Below, piece by piece: positions 39,281 through 52,668 of a DNA stretch of 64,000 bases (position 1 is its first letter; each line of letters starts with the position of its first letter). The stretch is from Ramazzottius varieornatus. Its lineage: Eukaryota > Animalia > Tardigrada. Location of the stretch: contig BDGG01000003.1 of the NCBI GenBank assembly GCA_001949185.1, forward strand, positions 5,267,092-5,331,091, in the 5' to 3' direction. The translations under genes and the position numbers were made by a program. Under the pieces are notes generated by a model. It did no database searches. It was not told the DNA's origin and worked only from the letters and a program-made list of their open reading frames with translations.

Positions 39281-41815
39281 TCAGGCAGGTACAGGACCTC
39301 GTGGTTCGTCTCCCAGAATAGCGGCGCGGTGCATGATGCGTCCAAGTGGCAGGTAATCGTTCAGTGCGTAATGCTGCGTCGAACGGTTATCCCAGAAAGC
39401 TACATCACCGACACTCCATTTCCAGCGAACCGTAAATTCGGGCTTGGTACAGTGCAGAAAGAGATACTGCAAGACCGTGTCGCTCTCCAGCTTGCTCAGT
39501 TCCACGATGCGGGAAGTGAAAGCACGGTTGACGAAAAGGCCTTTCTGCCCTGTGACGGGATGAACACGAACCACGGGATGGACGACCGGTGGATTCTTCT
39601 CAGTCTGTAACCACCGCGTTCATTATCAGAAAACTTCTTACTCTACAATGACAGTCATGTATTATGAGCTTTTTATCTTCGCAGTCATCATTGTCATTCC
39701 TTTTTACGTTTTTCAAGTGGCGCACTATGTCAGTAACCTTGGCTGGAGGCGTCACTGGCAAAAACGATCTTGTCCAGGTTTGTTTTTCCAAGTGGCGCAC
39801 GTTGACAGTGTTACGGACTGGAAGCGCTCGCCGTATGAAAAATGCGATCTTTCACGGTTTTCGTCTGTTTCCCAAGTGGCGCACCTTTCTAGAGTTATTG
39901 GCTGAGATCGAGTTCGGTAACGGGGAATTTTTGGCGAATCGAAATGGTGGCGTATCGGCCAGTGGTCAAGTGGTAGCTGAAGCATTGCAAGGCACCTACC
40001 GCTTGGGACAATTTTTGCTCGTCACCATGGGCGTCTTCCAACTTAAAGGCATGTTTGAAGTCATGGAGCGCCGTCAGACCGTCAAGAAAGCATCGGAATG
40101 GCTCGGACAAGGCGTTGTAAGCTGCAATGTTGCTTGACCAACAGGTATCTCCTCCGCATGGCGGCAGCACTTTAGCCACCAACACTGCTCCCATCGGTGG
40201 CTTCTGCCATCAACCAGAACAATCGTCAACATCAACAATCAACAATCAAGACCAGGAAGCAGTCTGGAATCTGCCAACGTTAAAATTTCAAATATCTGCG
40301 GAATTTTTCCGCATTCTCCCTCTTTCGAGGCTTTTGCCAACCTCGTTTTTGATATACACTCACTCGAAATTCGTACAAAATTTCTCAATTTCAAAACACA
40401 AAAACGTCATTCACAGTTAACGATACTGCTCGTCATGGCCACTGCAGCCGAATACCTGCGACCCGATTACTTGACTACGTCAGTCAGAGGACCAGAGCAC
40501 CGTGTACAGTATCTGTGATGTGATTTCGACCTGTAGCTCGGCATGCTGTGCGGTGACTGTTTAATAAAGTGTTTATGCCGGTCCTATTATTAATACATAA
40601 AATCGGAATGTTATGTACGGATTTCGAGCGAGTGGACTGTACTACGCTCCAACTTGAACGGAATTTTTGTCCATGACACAGCAAGCTGCGAGCGAGCTGA
40701 AGGCGAGCGAAGAGCTTGTATCTTATTGTTACCGCCGATACAGTGTGAGGCTATTACTTAATGCTCGCAGACCTTACTAATACAACCTTGCATGCGACTT
40801 GATACCCCATGTTATCCCATGTCGAACCACTTCGGGTGGTCTAACATGGGATTTTTGGGCACGAGCTGTCGTTGCGGAGCTGGTTTCGTTCGTAAGTTTG
40901 TGTTTAAACCCCTCTGTTGAACTTTGCCCAGTGAAGGGCAAGGTACAACATTAGTGGAGATAAGCTTGTGAATGGAATGTGACTGAGGAGAAGCGAAGGT
41001 AGGTCACGAAAGAAGGAGATAAGGCTATAGCATTGCATTCTGAGTCTCAGGGAGTAATTCAATGGTTGGGAACTTGGGATACGAGCTGCCATCATCCCAG
41101 TTCCCGTTTTCTTCCCTTTTAGCCTCCCTCGGCGGCAACAGTACCCGTTAGGGTGCCGCCCCGCGAATCTTTAATACAGTGAGGTAGAAAGTGCAACGTT
41201 GTAAACAAAAATGGAGTACAGTCCTACCTGTGAGATGTGACAATTGCTTCTTCTGCAACCGAACAGCGTTTCTGCACGAGACTGCACTGCGCAGCACGAT
41301 CAGCTGATCGACGTCCGGTTGTCTTTTAACTTGTTCAAGTAATCAAGCACGTGGCTGATCAGCTGATCGGTCTCATGCGAACAATATGGCGAGCAAATCC
41401 GTGGACACATGAACCGTCCGGAACTGATTTCGGGCGTTTGAACTGTCACATCTCACAGGTAGGACTGTAAGTGCAGAATGTGACTGACTTTGATGAAGGT
41501 GACATCGGTGTGCCAGATGTCAGTGCCCGGTGGGTTGTCGGTGGTAGGAGCCAGTTCGATGATGCCAGCTGCCTCTTTGATACTGGGCATAATGGGATGG
41601 ATATGCAGCTCTCCAAAGTGCAGGGCAAAGCTTCGCTGCTGCTCTGGTGATATGGACTGTCTGGGGAAAAAGATGACTTTGTGAGTGACAAGTGCTTGGT
41701 GAATGCGATCCAGTGTAGTCTTGTCTAGATCGTGGCGCAGATTCACCCCTTCGATTACAGCACCAATAGCCGGCGTAAGAGGCCGGATGGACATGTCCGT
41801 GCTTCCAGCTGACAT
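39281..41815 (-). CDS. tauD: Fe(II)/alpha-ketoglutarate-dependent sulfonate dioxygenase, TauD family, 284 aa (exons 41815-41489, 40203-40000, 39604-39281)
   Basis: Collinear with E. coli TauD as recalled: [82 protein letters not shown]. The HxD...H facial triad is intact. Two phase-0 GT-AG introns. Confidence 0.9.
41219..41467. mobile_element. MITE (249 bp) with perfect 24-bp TIRs and TA target duplication, in tauD intron 1
   Basis: TA|CAGTCCTACCTGTGAGATGTGACA ... TGTCACATCTCACAGGTAGGACTG|TA. A second copy lies at about 62620-62846. Confidence 0.85.
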
Positions 41816-42615
41816 CTTTCACCATATATGCTACGTTACGTTATAATCAAAATTAGGCAGAACAGAGTGGTAAGGCCAAATGCTGTCGGAAGTAACAGCA
41901 CAGCCAGCCCGTTATTACGGTGGTTTTGCTGCGCCTGTTCACGTGGAATTATTTGCTTATCGTGCTAACTGCAAACTGCTCCGTCTGCTCGACCTTGCAC
42001 CCCCATATGTAAAGGTGTCAGATCTTTATGCGGTAGATATCAACTAAGCAAACTATCAATATATCAGCTACGATAAGTTACGCGCAAGATATGTTTTTCT
42101 GTCAGTTCAAAATCAAAGGACTCTGCAACTAGACAAAGACAGCTTCTCAGGAGAGCACCACCTGTTGCGTCACACCAGCAAGGTCGCATCTCCATGGTTG
42201 TTTCAGTCGTCCTTCAAATTTCCACCTCATGATCAGAAAGGAATGTTGAAAGGATAATTCATGAGGCTGTTCGAAAACATACCACCCAGTTACCATTAAA
42301 GTGCGAGGTTCTTGACATGGAACAGCAGGACTTCCAACCGTTCTGCGACTGCGACAAGCGCGCGCCGGACAGTACTCTCGTCTCCCGACGGGAGACGATT
42401 TTTTCTGGGCGACAAGGTAAAAAGGGCGTCTGGGAGACGAGATTTTTGGTCTTTGGGAGACGCGAAAAGGTGACACCCCTAGCTGGAAGACAAGATTTTG
42501 GGGAGACTTCTGCGGCCACATACTTTAGAAGACGGGATTTAAGGTGCCTGACTCGCGCTTGGGTCACTGCGATACAGCGGCTGGTGATGAGATTGATGGT
42601 AGTGGAGGATGTGTA

Positions 42616-43013
42616 CTTTAAAATCTCGTTCAACTGGACGATAGAAATGCCCTACCCGCGCATTTCTACCCAGGATCGTGGATAGTATTTACGGTAGAGA
42701 GTGGAAACCGACCAGCTGATCCCATATTAAAGGACCATCCATTATCAGGTGGTCCTTGATTGACTCAAGTTGATTGATGAACACCGACCAAAAAATCCAG
42801 TGTTCACTCGCTTCGTTCGCATGGACATAACTTAGCAGTTACGTACGGTGGGATACATGGCTGTTGTTTATCTAGCGAAAAAAATTGTGACATCAGCATA
42901 CGTCATGCGATCAGCTATTTAGCTCTAATCTCTTCCGTAAATACTATTCACGATCCTAAGTAGAAATGCGGGGGTAGGGCATCTCTATCGTCCAGTTGAA
43001 CGAGCTTCTAAAG
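42616..43013. mobile_element. MITE (about 400 bp) with ~85-bp imperfect TIRs, TA-flanked
   Basis: CTTTAAAATCTCGTTCAACTGGACGATAGAAATGCCCTACCCGCGCATTTCTAC... is mirrored by ...GTAGAAATGCGGGGGTAGGGCATCTCTATCGTCCAGTTGAACGAGCTTCTAAAG. The termini resemble those of the 7254 element. Confidence 0.8.
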
Positions 43014-43566
43014 TATGTGCATGTCGCTCGACGGAGAAAGGGACGAGCTTTACAGTCTTGTTTTGCGAATCACGCGCGGTGCGCGAAGTTCAACCCCAGT
43101 CCCGATATTTTTCCCTACCAATCTCCTAAGAGATGTTCCGCGTGTATGACGATGTACGCGCAAGGCTTCAGGAAGCACTGCAATACCTGATTCCATCAGC
43201 GCATCCGTGTTTGATGCCTCGAGTACGACAAGTTTCGAGCTGAACATCCAACATCCATTCCACTCTTGGGGAGCGATGGGCTTAATTCGAGAGTATTCAG
43301 ATCTCAAAAATGAACCACAACAAGTGAAATGATTTCAACTGCTGATGAGAGCTGAATTCCGATTAACTGTAATCGCTAATTCAGCTGCGCTGAGTCTCAG
43401 ATAATTGCTGCCGCCCGAAGTTGTCCGATCAATCGTAATTGCAATTAGAATCGAAAAAGTCATATTGGAGTAACACTTGGTAGCTGTGTAGACTGACGAA
43501 CTACGAGAAACCTTCGTGTCACTGGAATAGCTCAACATGCAAACTGCAAAAGACGCATCTGCGCTC

Positions 43567-45838
43567 TTAGTACGGATCGGCGAATGGGTAGTCGGGCGAG
43601 TCTTGGATGCTACAAATACATACCAGTGGTCGTACAAATACTGCCAAGTATTGGATTGAAAGCTGAAGTGTTCCACTTACAACTCGAACAGGAAGTAGCG
43701 CAGGTTCTTGTCCAAGGCGTCCAGTTCCTTCAAGTCGTCATCGCTAAACTTGAAATCCAGAATCTCAAAGTTCTCTTTGATGCGTTCGCGGTGAACACTC
43801 TTGGGGATGGTCACTCTGCCTCGTTCAATCAAGAAACGATTGAGAATCTACAATAAAGGAATAAATGAATAAATAATATTTGTGATGAGAATAGACCGTC
43901 TGAAGCATGGATTCGCCCACATCGTCTTCCCAAGTGGCGCACATTCTCAACAAATAACAGTCAAAAGATGCGCCACTTGGAGAAACAATCAAAGTCAGCA
44001 TATTTTTTTCAAGTAACGCATCCTCCCGAACCAAGAACAATGAAAACGTGCGCCACTTGTCATGATCTGTGTGAAATCGTTGAAATTTGTCATCGTGCCG
44101 AAAATTCGCTCAGAAATGTCAGAGGACGAAAAATGAAAAAGTTTAGGTGAGGGCTCCTCTCACCACCGACATCACCGATGAGCTCCTCTCACCACTTCTG
44201 ACTAATTCTTTGGTTAGATGAAATGTGGTGAGATCAACCGAGAAATTATGAGTTCAACACTAGTCCACCACCACCGTGTATATCACTACCGTGACAGAAG
44301 GTCCAGAAATGAGCTGGAGGTTTGCAAGGAAGTTGCAGACGCAAGTGCGTTGTCAGTTCTGAACATACAGAATGACAGATCCAAATACCGTGATGGCCTT
44401 AAGAGGCGTTTTTCCATCCCAAAAACGCATCGTTCTCTGGCAAAGTCTGCGGAGCTGGGTATCTCCAGTTTTAACACTAACTGAGGCGAAGCGTCGACCC
44501 GGGTGAAGCGTTGTCTTATGTAAAACTCAGTCTCGTTCCATGATATACCTGGGCAGGAGTTTTGTTGTGTCGCTGGGCAATCTCGGCCAGCTTGGGTTCC
44601 TTGAGGAGGATGGGGTCTTCCGGTCGGACGCTGGGTCGTTGAGGCGAACCCAGAGGACCGTAAGCCGTGAAGGTGATGTTGTTCTGCTTGCAGAACTCAA
44701 ACAAGGGCTTCTGCATGAAGTAGGCATGACACTCCACCTGTACAGACAGAGAACAATATACACATTGGTCCTCAGCTAAGCTTCCGGTAGTACTTCCGGT
44801 CTTACCTGCAGGTTGGCCGGCTTGATTCGGGAATTGTCCAAGATCTGCTGAATCTGTCTCTTGTTGAAGTTCGACAGACCGATAGCCTTCAAGAGTCCTT
44901 GATCGACGGCTTTCTCGAGTTCCTGCTCGCAAGACGAAATCTCAATAAGAGCTAGAATGGCCGGAATTTGACACGGAAGCTCAGTTCGTACCTTCCAAGT
45001 CTGGACAATGTCCACCTTCTCGTACATAACTTTGTCGTTTGCATCTTTTGGGAAGTTGTTACTCTCGTCTAGGGAAGAAAACATACTGTAATAGTCAAGT
45101 ACTATCTAGTTAACGTCTCAGCACGGTGCATAGTAGGGAAAAATAAGAGAAGCATCTGTCGTGTGATAACATACCGATGAACTTGAAATGGGCCGGATTG
45201 TGTATTAGGTACAGGTCGATATAGTTGGTTTGCAGGCGCTCCAGCGACTTCTTGATGCCATCCGCGACTCTGTCCGGATGGTGATAGGTGCTCCACAACT
45301 ACAAAATAGAATTCTGTTTTGAAGGCGACACATCATTTCTGTGGCCCAGATGAGATAGACTGATACATGCGACCGGAAGTCGTGCATTGTAACTAGGCCA
45401 AGCTTGTTCACGCAAGTACTGTGGTGATCCTTCTTCCATTAATCATGATGATTATGCAACATTACCTTGGTGGTGATGAAGATGTCTTCTCGCTTTATCT
45501 TGCCTTCGTTGATCTTCTTGGTCAGCGTCTCCCCAATTTCCGCTTCGTTGCCGTAAACGTAGGCAGTGTCGATGGAGCGATAACCGACATCGATGGCATA
45601 GTCCACTGCATCCCTCACTTCATTAGGCTTCGACTACAAACAAACTTCAGCGTTCTACGAGCGGCCAATGGCAAGTTTTGAAGAAAAGCCGGTCGATAGG
45701 GAACTAGACCCAGCAAAGTCCACGGTGTATGCGTCTGCGTGATGGTCATGATGGGAAGCTTACCTGCCAAGTTCCGATGCCGAGCATGGGCATCTTCTGG
45801 CCATTGTTCAGCGTCACAGAAGGCTCGAAGTTAACCAT
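43567..45838 (-). CDS. Aldo-keto reductase family 1-like, intact, 8 coding exons
   Basis: [10 protein letters not shown]; catalytic Asp/Tyr in DTAYVYGNE, Lys in IFITTK and His in LYLIHNP; [24 protein letters not shown]; ends in YPFADPY. Confidence 0.9.
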
Positions 45839-48024
45839 GGTGGAGCTTGGAGGTACGGAGGAACAAAAGACCGACCGGAAACGAGAACTGAACGGAAAGA
45901 GAAGAAGTTTTACGGAATCGCCCAGACGGGACGTGTGCGTGTAAACAGCAGCTCATGACGTCAGCAAGTTCTGTAACACGGTCTGTGCCAGACGATGTAC
46001 GTACGTGCAGATCTGCTTTGTCACGATGAATATTGACGAACTTATCGGCATCCAGGGGCCGCTGTGCTCATATGCAAAACCAACTTCCGATATGTTTGCG
46101 CAGGTGATGTATGTCAGCTTGGCGCGGAGGTCCTCCGATGAATCCGAATGATTGATGTACAGCATGCGTTCTCAAGGCTAAGCTTGCACGAGAGTGCAGA
46201 AACTGAAACCTTCTCAGCTAAGTGAGGTGCAGAGGTGGAAACGGCCTGGAGGAACCGGAAGTGAAACCGGTGAAACTGCTTCGTCACACAGCGAGTACAC
46301 GCACTCTACCTTGCCAAAATCGATGAGGTCAGAACAAACAGAGAAATCTAGGCAGATTGCAGAAACTGGCTCGGTTGTGGAACATTTTGCTCGACCAATC
46401 TAAGGGGGCAGATACACAAATCGGAAAACCACAGGTACAGCGTACGTCTACTGTCCCATTCGTGCTTACGCGTCGGCGACAGAAGACAGCAGTAAGAACA
46501 GTTTTTTGGTGACGTCATCGTTCGCACTTCCAGCGGCGAAAGTTCTGCGGCTGCAACAAAAGTTCTTGAGTACGAACGGTCCATTACTTAGCTTTTTCCG
46601 CTCTGTTTTTCGCCTTAACTTTTTCGTTTAGTACCGTATTTCGCAACCTACGGGAATCAGGTTGAGCAGCTTGCGGAAAATGTTTTTTCTGGCGGATTTT
46701 CACTTGGGCGCGTTTTCTATCTTCCTGTAATACAACCCCTTCTGTAGTCACCCAGGAAAACTTGCATAGAATCTGTCGAGGTATATAATGACTTATCGAG
46801 AAATGGCTGATGACGGGGATAACGAGGAGATACACGAAAGGAATGTTCAAAGAGCAAAGGCAGTCGGCCACTTCCGACAGGTTGTGGTCTATGACATGAC
46901 ACCACACCATATGATATGACCTGACCTGACATTCCGTTTCTGCCGCATCGGAACGACAGGCAGTTTTACGGAAAGGTGCAGAGAGTAAAGTTGTAGCAAA
47001 AAAGTTGTAACATCATGCCTGCGTCAGAAATTTGCGAACCGTTGGCAGCCGCATTACTTGATTGCAAAAATCTCGCCTTTGACTTCTGTCGCTGACGCGT
47101 AAGCAAGAATGGGGCATACCTCTTCAGATAGTCTGGCAGGTTAGAACCTTTTAACAGGTCAGAAGACCGCGGGTAAACCGAACATGGAAAACTTTCGAAT
47201 AGCAATAGTGTGGGGCATGAAGGTCGAAAGAACATGCAGTGGGCTCAGAACACTCGAGCAAGAACTTCTATCAGGAATTCCAGGGTTCTTCCAGACCACC
47301 GGTCTACCGTCGATATCTGCGGCATGGTTAGCCTCTCAGTCACACGACGGCTTGTCATGTGATCGCTGGATCTAGGTCTATTCCGTCCCCTGTGGCTTGC
47401 TAAATATTGCCCACCATCTTCGTTCGGGTTTTTCATGCTTTTCAGTCTTTCAGAAATCAGAATCGTGCAATAGAAATCAGAATCGTGCCTCACAACGAGC
47501 TGTTTATGTCGCAAACGGTTGATTTAAAATTTGAGTTTGCTTGATCAACGGAAATTAGTCGTGAGTGAGGCAAAACTGCGTTTTCCGAAAGTCTCGGAAA
47601 CGTGAGCGGAAATGCGCGAGTTTTGCGGGGTAGGTCTGTAGGCTAACTTTGCCTCCTGACTAGGCTGAAATTCATGGTTTTCTCTCTGGCTAGTCTCTGT
47701 CCTCCGATATCCCCGGCACTGACAGGTATCAAGAAGCCCATACGGGAAACGGTATCTCGCAACGTGAAGCACTGTGCAGCCAGAGATCAGCTGAGAAATG
47801 AAAATTTGAAATTTTGAGTCAAGTGTGCAGAGAATAATCCGTTTTCGCTTTGAAGATAAGCTACTCGAGGGCTGCTTATCAGAGTCTTGAAAGCGAAACT
47901 TCGTAATCCACTTTCAAGATCAACACAATCAACGAAGTTTTACGGCCTGTCGTGAGGAGGACTATTATTTAGATAATGGATGACGGACGTGGGACTGCTC
48001 TGGAAGACTCGTCTCTTTGGCATC

Positions 48025-51000
48025 ATGGTTAGAAGTCTCTCAGTCCATCGCTGGCAATTTTTCCACCTCCGCAACATATCTGCCCAAACCTGCAGACATC
48101 AATCGACAGCCGCATCACTCCCTTCCCAAGCCAGAGTCGTTGTATGTGGCGGAGGAGCGATTGGTGTATCCGTAGCATACCAGCTGACTCTGGCAGGATG
48201 GAACGACGTGGTCATTCTGGATCAGAACAGGTACCATCAAGTAACTTCCATGACGAATGTTATGGCAGCGCGGCAAACCAGCTGGACTATATGTTGAAGT
48301 GGCGCATTATTTCAGCCAATATAGCTCGAAGCGTGCGCCACTTGGGAAACCACCTGATTGAGTTTGTCTGTCACGTTCCTGCATGTTGCACCTGCTTATC
48401 GAGTGTTTGTTACAGTGTGATTGGGGCTTCGACATTACTCTCGGCCGGTATCATCCGCCGTCTCGCGCCCAGTTTCCTCCAGACCAAGATAGCCGAGTAC
48501 TCCAACGAGTGCTTCGACAACCTGGTGAAGCAGGGATATGATATTGGGTTGCATCGTTCGGGCTCTGTGCATCTGGCCAAGACACCAGATCGACAGATTG
48601 ATCTGAAGCGTCAGCACTCCATCGCAATGTAAAGGTTTCTATCCTGCTCTGAGTATCGTGCTTTGAAATTATCCCTTGCGAGGAAAGCGCTAACCAGCCT
48701 CTTTCAGAGCAGCTGGATATGAAAGTCAACTTCTGACGCCAGAAGATCTCCACAAGAAGTTCCCGTATATTCACACAGCGGATCTGTATGGAGCGCTGTG
48801 GGTTCCGATGGATGGCTTCATCGATCCGGAAGCGACATATAAAGCCGTTCTGAAGATTGCCCAAGAAAAAGGTAAGGTGAATCCCTCTCGTCAACACTGT
48901 TTCGATCATACGTAAGCTTGACAAACGAATTCAAGATGTTTTTCCAAATGGCGCATATTTCATTGCTGTCGGCTGCAAGTGTGCGCCACTGTGCAAAACT
49001 ACCATTCCCAGTTCGATTGTTTTCTAAATGACGCACTTTGTCAGTGCTGATGACTGAACCGTGCGCCACTTGGGGAAAACGATCTTGTCTGGTTTGCTTG
49101 CCGATGTCCTGTCACGATAACTGTTTTTTTCGTAGGGGTGAGGATCGTAGAAGGATGTCAAGTGACGAATGTTGGACTGGAGAAGCTGTACGTCAAGGAC
49201 GTCGATACAAGCCTGGGGAAAATCAACTGCGAATATTTTGTCAACTGCTCGGGACTCGTAGGTGCTCTTTACATGAACCTGCTCCTATTATCCTATATCC
49301 CACTATTCTTCATTGGTGGAACTACTAGTGTAAGCATGAGTCCCTCTTTGACAGTGGGCGAGGGAAGTAGGCAAGCTGAGTTCGAGAAAGATACGGACGC
49401 CGCTCCATCCGTGCGAGCATCAGTACCTTGTCACGCATCCCGTCTTCCCGAAGGAGGACAAAGACTATCCGATCGTTTTCGACTTGGATAATCAAATGTA
49501 TATGAGAGCGCAGCGACGGGGAGTTTTGTGTGGTGGCTTCGCCGCAAATACCAAGGTCGCGTTTCCTGTTCAAATACCCAAAGACTTCACCAACAAGACT
49601 TTACCGGAAGACTGGGACTCGTTTCGTAAGTGCATTAGTTCCACTTGAAATCAAGAGAACTTCCGAGGATTCTTTCGGAAGGTTTCAGAATTTCCCGTTC
49701 TCTTTTTCAAAGTAGAAATGTAGAATCGGAGTTCGGCAGACGAACTCACACGATTGTTCTCTCAAGTGACGCACATTCTTTGTGATTTTGGCTGACAGCG
49801 TGCGCCACTTGAAAAAATGGTCCTGGCGATCCAAACTGAGTTTATAAAATATTTTGCGTCTTTGATTTCTCACCGTTTTTGAATATTGCTGATATTATCG
49901 CTTGCATTTTCAGAGGGTCTGCTGGGTAGTTTGCTCAAAAGGATCCCCAGTGTTCACGGTGCCGAGCCCTTGAAGCTCGTCAACGGACCGGTAGCCTTCA
50001 CGCCGGATGGCCGGGCCATCGTAGGAGAAGCACCGGAGGTGAGGAATTACTACATCGCAGCTGGACTCAACTGCAAAGGCACAACAGCGGCCTTGGGCCT
50101 CGCCAAGCTGGTCGTGGACAGAATGACCACGGGAAAGACCGAGTTCGAGTCGTGGGAACTGGACCCCAGGAGGTTCCTCGACATGCACAATAACAGAGAC
50201 TATATCAAGTCCCGGATAAGAGAAACTTCACGTAAAGATGACAGATTTAAGCTTGGCGGGCAAACTCGAAAAGATTGTTTTTTCAAGCGGCGCACCTTTG
50301 CATTGTTTTTGGCTTTATGCGTGCGCCAGTTGGGAAAAACGATCTTGTCGAATTTGATTGTTTTCCAAAGTGGCGCGCGATCTTAGCGTTGATGGACGAC
50401 AGCGCGCGTCACTTGATAGAAACAATTTGGTCGTGTTTGTCTGTTCTGGCCCGCATTGTTGATTGTTTTATGAAACGTTGTTCGTCGTAGAATGGGTTTT
50501 TGGGTTAAATTATCCGTTCCGCGATGAGACCTCCCGCAGTGCGAGGAAAGTTCGCACTTCATCGCTGTATTCACCGTTCAAAGCGGCGGGTGCGGTATTC
50601 GGTCAGTTCATGGGGTATGAAAGACCGCTCTTCTTTGTGACTGAACAGATGAACGCCCTACCGGACATGGACTTCTTCCCTTCGACTTTCGGCAAACCTT
50701 CGTGGCACTCGGCGGTCGAACAGGAGTACAACGCCTGTCGATATAGCACCGGCTTGATAGATTTATCGTCTTTCAGTAAATTCGAAGTCAAGGTACAGTA
50801 GCTCGTGTCCTCATTGTGAACAGATTGATCTGAGGAAGAGCCTGGCGTCCAAATGTGTTTCAGGGTGAAGGTGCGATGGAATACCTGCAGTACCTCTGCT
50901 CGAACGATGTGGATGTCCCTGTCGGGGCTATAGTGCACACTGGGATGCATAATGAGCGCGGAGGATACGAAAACGATTGTACAGTAGTTCGCTTGGGCCC

Positions 51001-52668
51001 CTCCACGTAAGTAAACACAAACCCTCTTTTTCTGATGGCCACCAGAGAAAACGGGCCAAGATATTTCACCTGCATAAACAAACTTTGGCATGCGTCACGG
51101 TGCGAAAGCATCCAGGTACGCGAGGCAAAGAGGAGACAGTGGTTGCTTCCGCCTCAAGTACCGGCATACCCGATCACTGCAGCAAATAGGTGTTGCGAGT
51201 GTATGCAGGTGCTAGATGGCTCTAACCTTTGATTATTGTCGTTTTCATATATAAATTTGCTTCGTGCAGGTTCCTCCTGGTGGCGCCGACGATTCAACAG
51301 ACACGATGCAAGAAATGGTTGATCCGTCAGCGACCAGCCAACAGCAACGTGGTTATCGACGATGTGACTAGTGCTTACACAGTCATCAACATTATCGGTC
51401 CACTGGCTCGCGACCTGATGAGTCACTTTCATGACATGTCCCCAGCCGCCTTCCCCTTCTTCACTTGCCAGACCATCAATGTGGTCAACGCCAGTAACAT
51501 CCTGGCCATGAACGTCACCCACACGGGCGAGATGGGTTGGGTCTTGTATATCCCCAACGAATACGCCCTGTACGTCTACGAACAGTTACTCAAGTTCGGC
51601 AAAGACTACAACCTGACACTGGCAGGACATTTCGCCATGAGAACACTGAGGATAGAAAGGTTCTACGCGTTTTGGGGACAGGATATTGACAGTACGACCA
51701 CACCTTACGAATGCGGCAGAGCCTTCCGAGTCAAATTCGAGGTAGGTTTTCAAAGTGGCGCATGTTTCCATTGTTATCGGCTAGGAGAGTGCGGCACTTG
51801 AAATAAACGATCTTGTAAGTAGCGCACTTTTCTGCTGTTTTTGGCTGGGTGCGTGCGCCACTTGGCCGAAGCGAGCTTGTAACTCTCGTTTGCCGCATGC
51901 TGAACGTTCGGTTGATTGTTGGTGGTCTTCTTGCAGAAGGGAGATTTCATAGGAAGGAAGGCCCTGCTTGAGCAGCAGACGGCTGGCGTGACTCGGTCAT
52001 ATGTCCAGCTCCTCCTAGACGAGCATGACATGAACAATGATCCGTGGCCGTGGGGTGGAGAACCCATCTACTGTAACGATAGATTTGCCGGGAAGACTAC
52101 CACGACAGGCTACGGGTATACGCTGAACAAGCAAATCTGTCTGGGTACTGTCAAGAATATTGACCCTGTAAGTTCTCCCTTTTTTCTCTCGTTTGTATAG
52201 GATACTAGATCAAAATTCGGCGGATGAATTCAACCAAATCGTTCTCCCAAGTGGCGCACGCTTTCACTCTGGTTGCATGACCGAGACCGTGCGCCACTTA
52301 AGAGCGTGATGGTGTAAGTGGCGCATGTTTCCATCACGATTAGCTGGTAACGTGCGCCACTTGGCCAACAGTCTGGTTCAAGTCATTTGCCCACGTCCTA
52401 GGACTCAGGTATTGTGAGGTTTAGAAAGATGGTCTTGTGGTGGTAGGCGACGAAAGAAGAACTGAGGATAACGCCGGAATGGATACAGTCTTCCAGGTTT
52501 GAGGTGGAGATTGCCGGGAAGAGGTTCCCAGCCAAAGTCAACGTGCGATCGCCGAGACTGCCGGCGGTGGTTCCTTTCGAACACCCTGAAGTAGCCAAGT
52601 ATGCGACGACCCAAGATGACCAAGCGGGTGTCAAGAAGTTCGTAACAAAAATGGCGGGCGAAATGTGA
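48025..52668 (+). CDS. PDPR: Pyruvate dehydrogenase phosphatase regulatory subunit (GcvT/DMGDH/SARDH family), multi-exon; alternative start at 47980
   Basis: Mitochondrial transit peptide; FAD motif VVVCGGGAIGVSVAY; NGPVAFTPDG; MGYERPLFF; GLIDLSSFSKFEV; HTGMHNERGGYENDC; LRIERFYAFWGQD; WPWGGEPIY (PDPR-type). Confidence 0.82.

Noticed and set aside
39281-41815. tauD as bacterial contamination
   Set aside because: It has spliceosomal introns containing host-specific repeats and is contiguous with animal genes.
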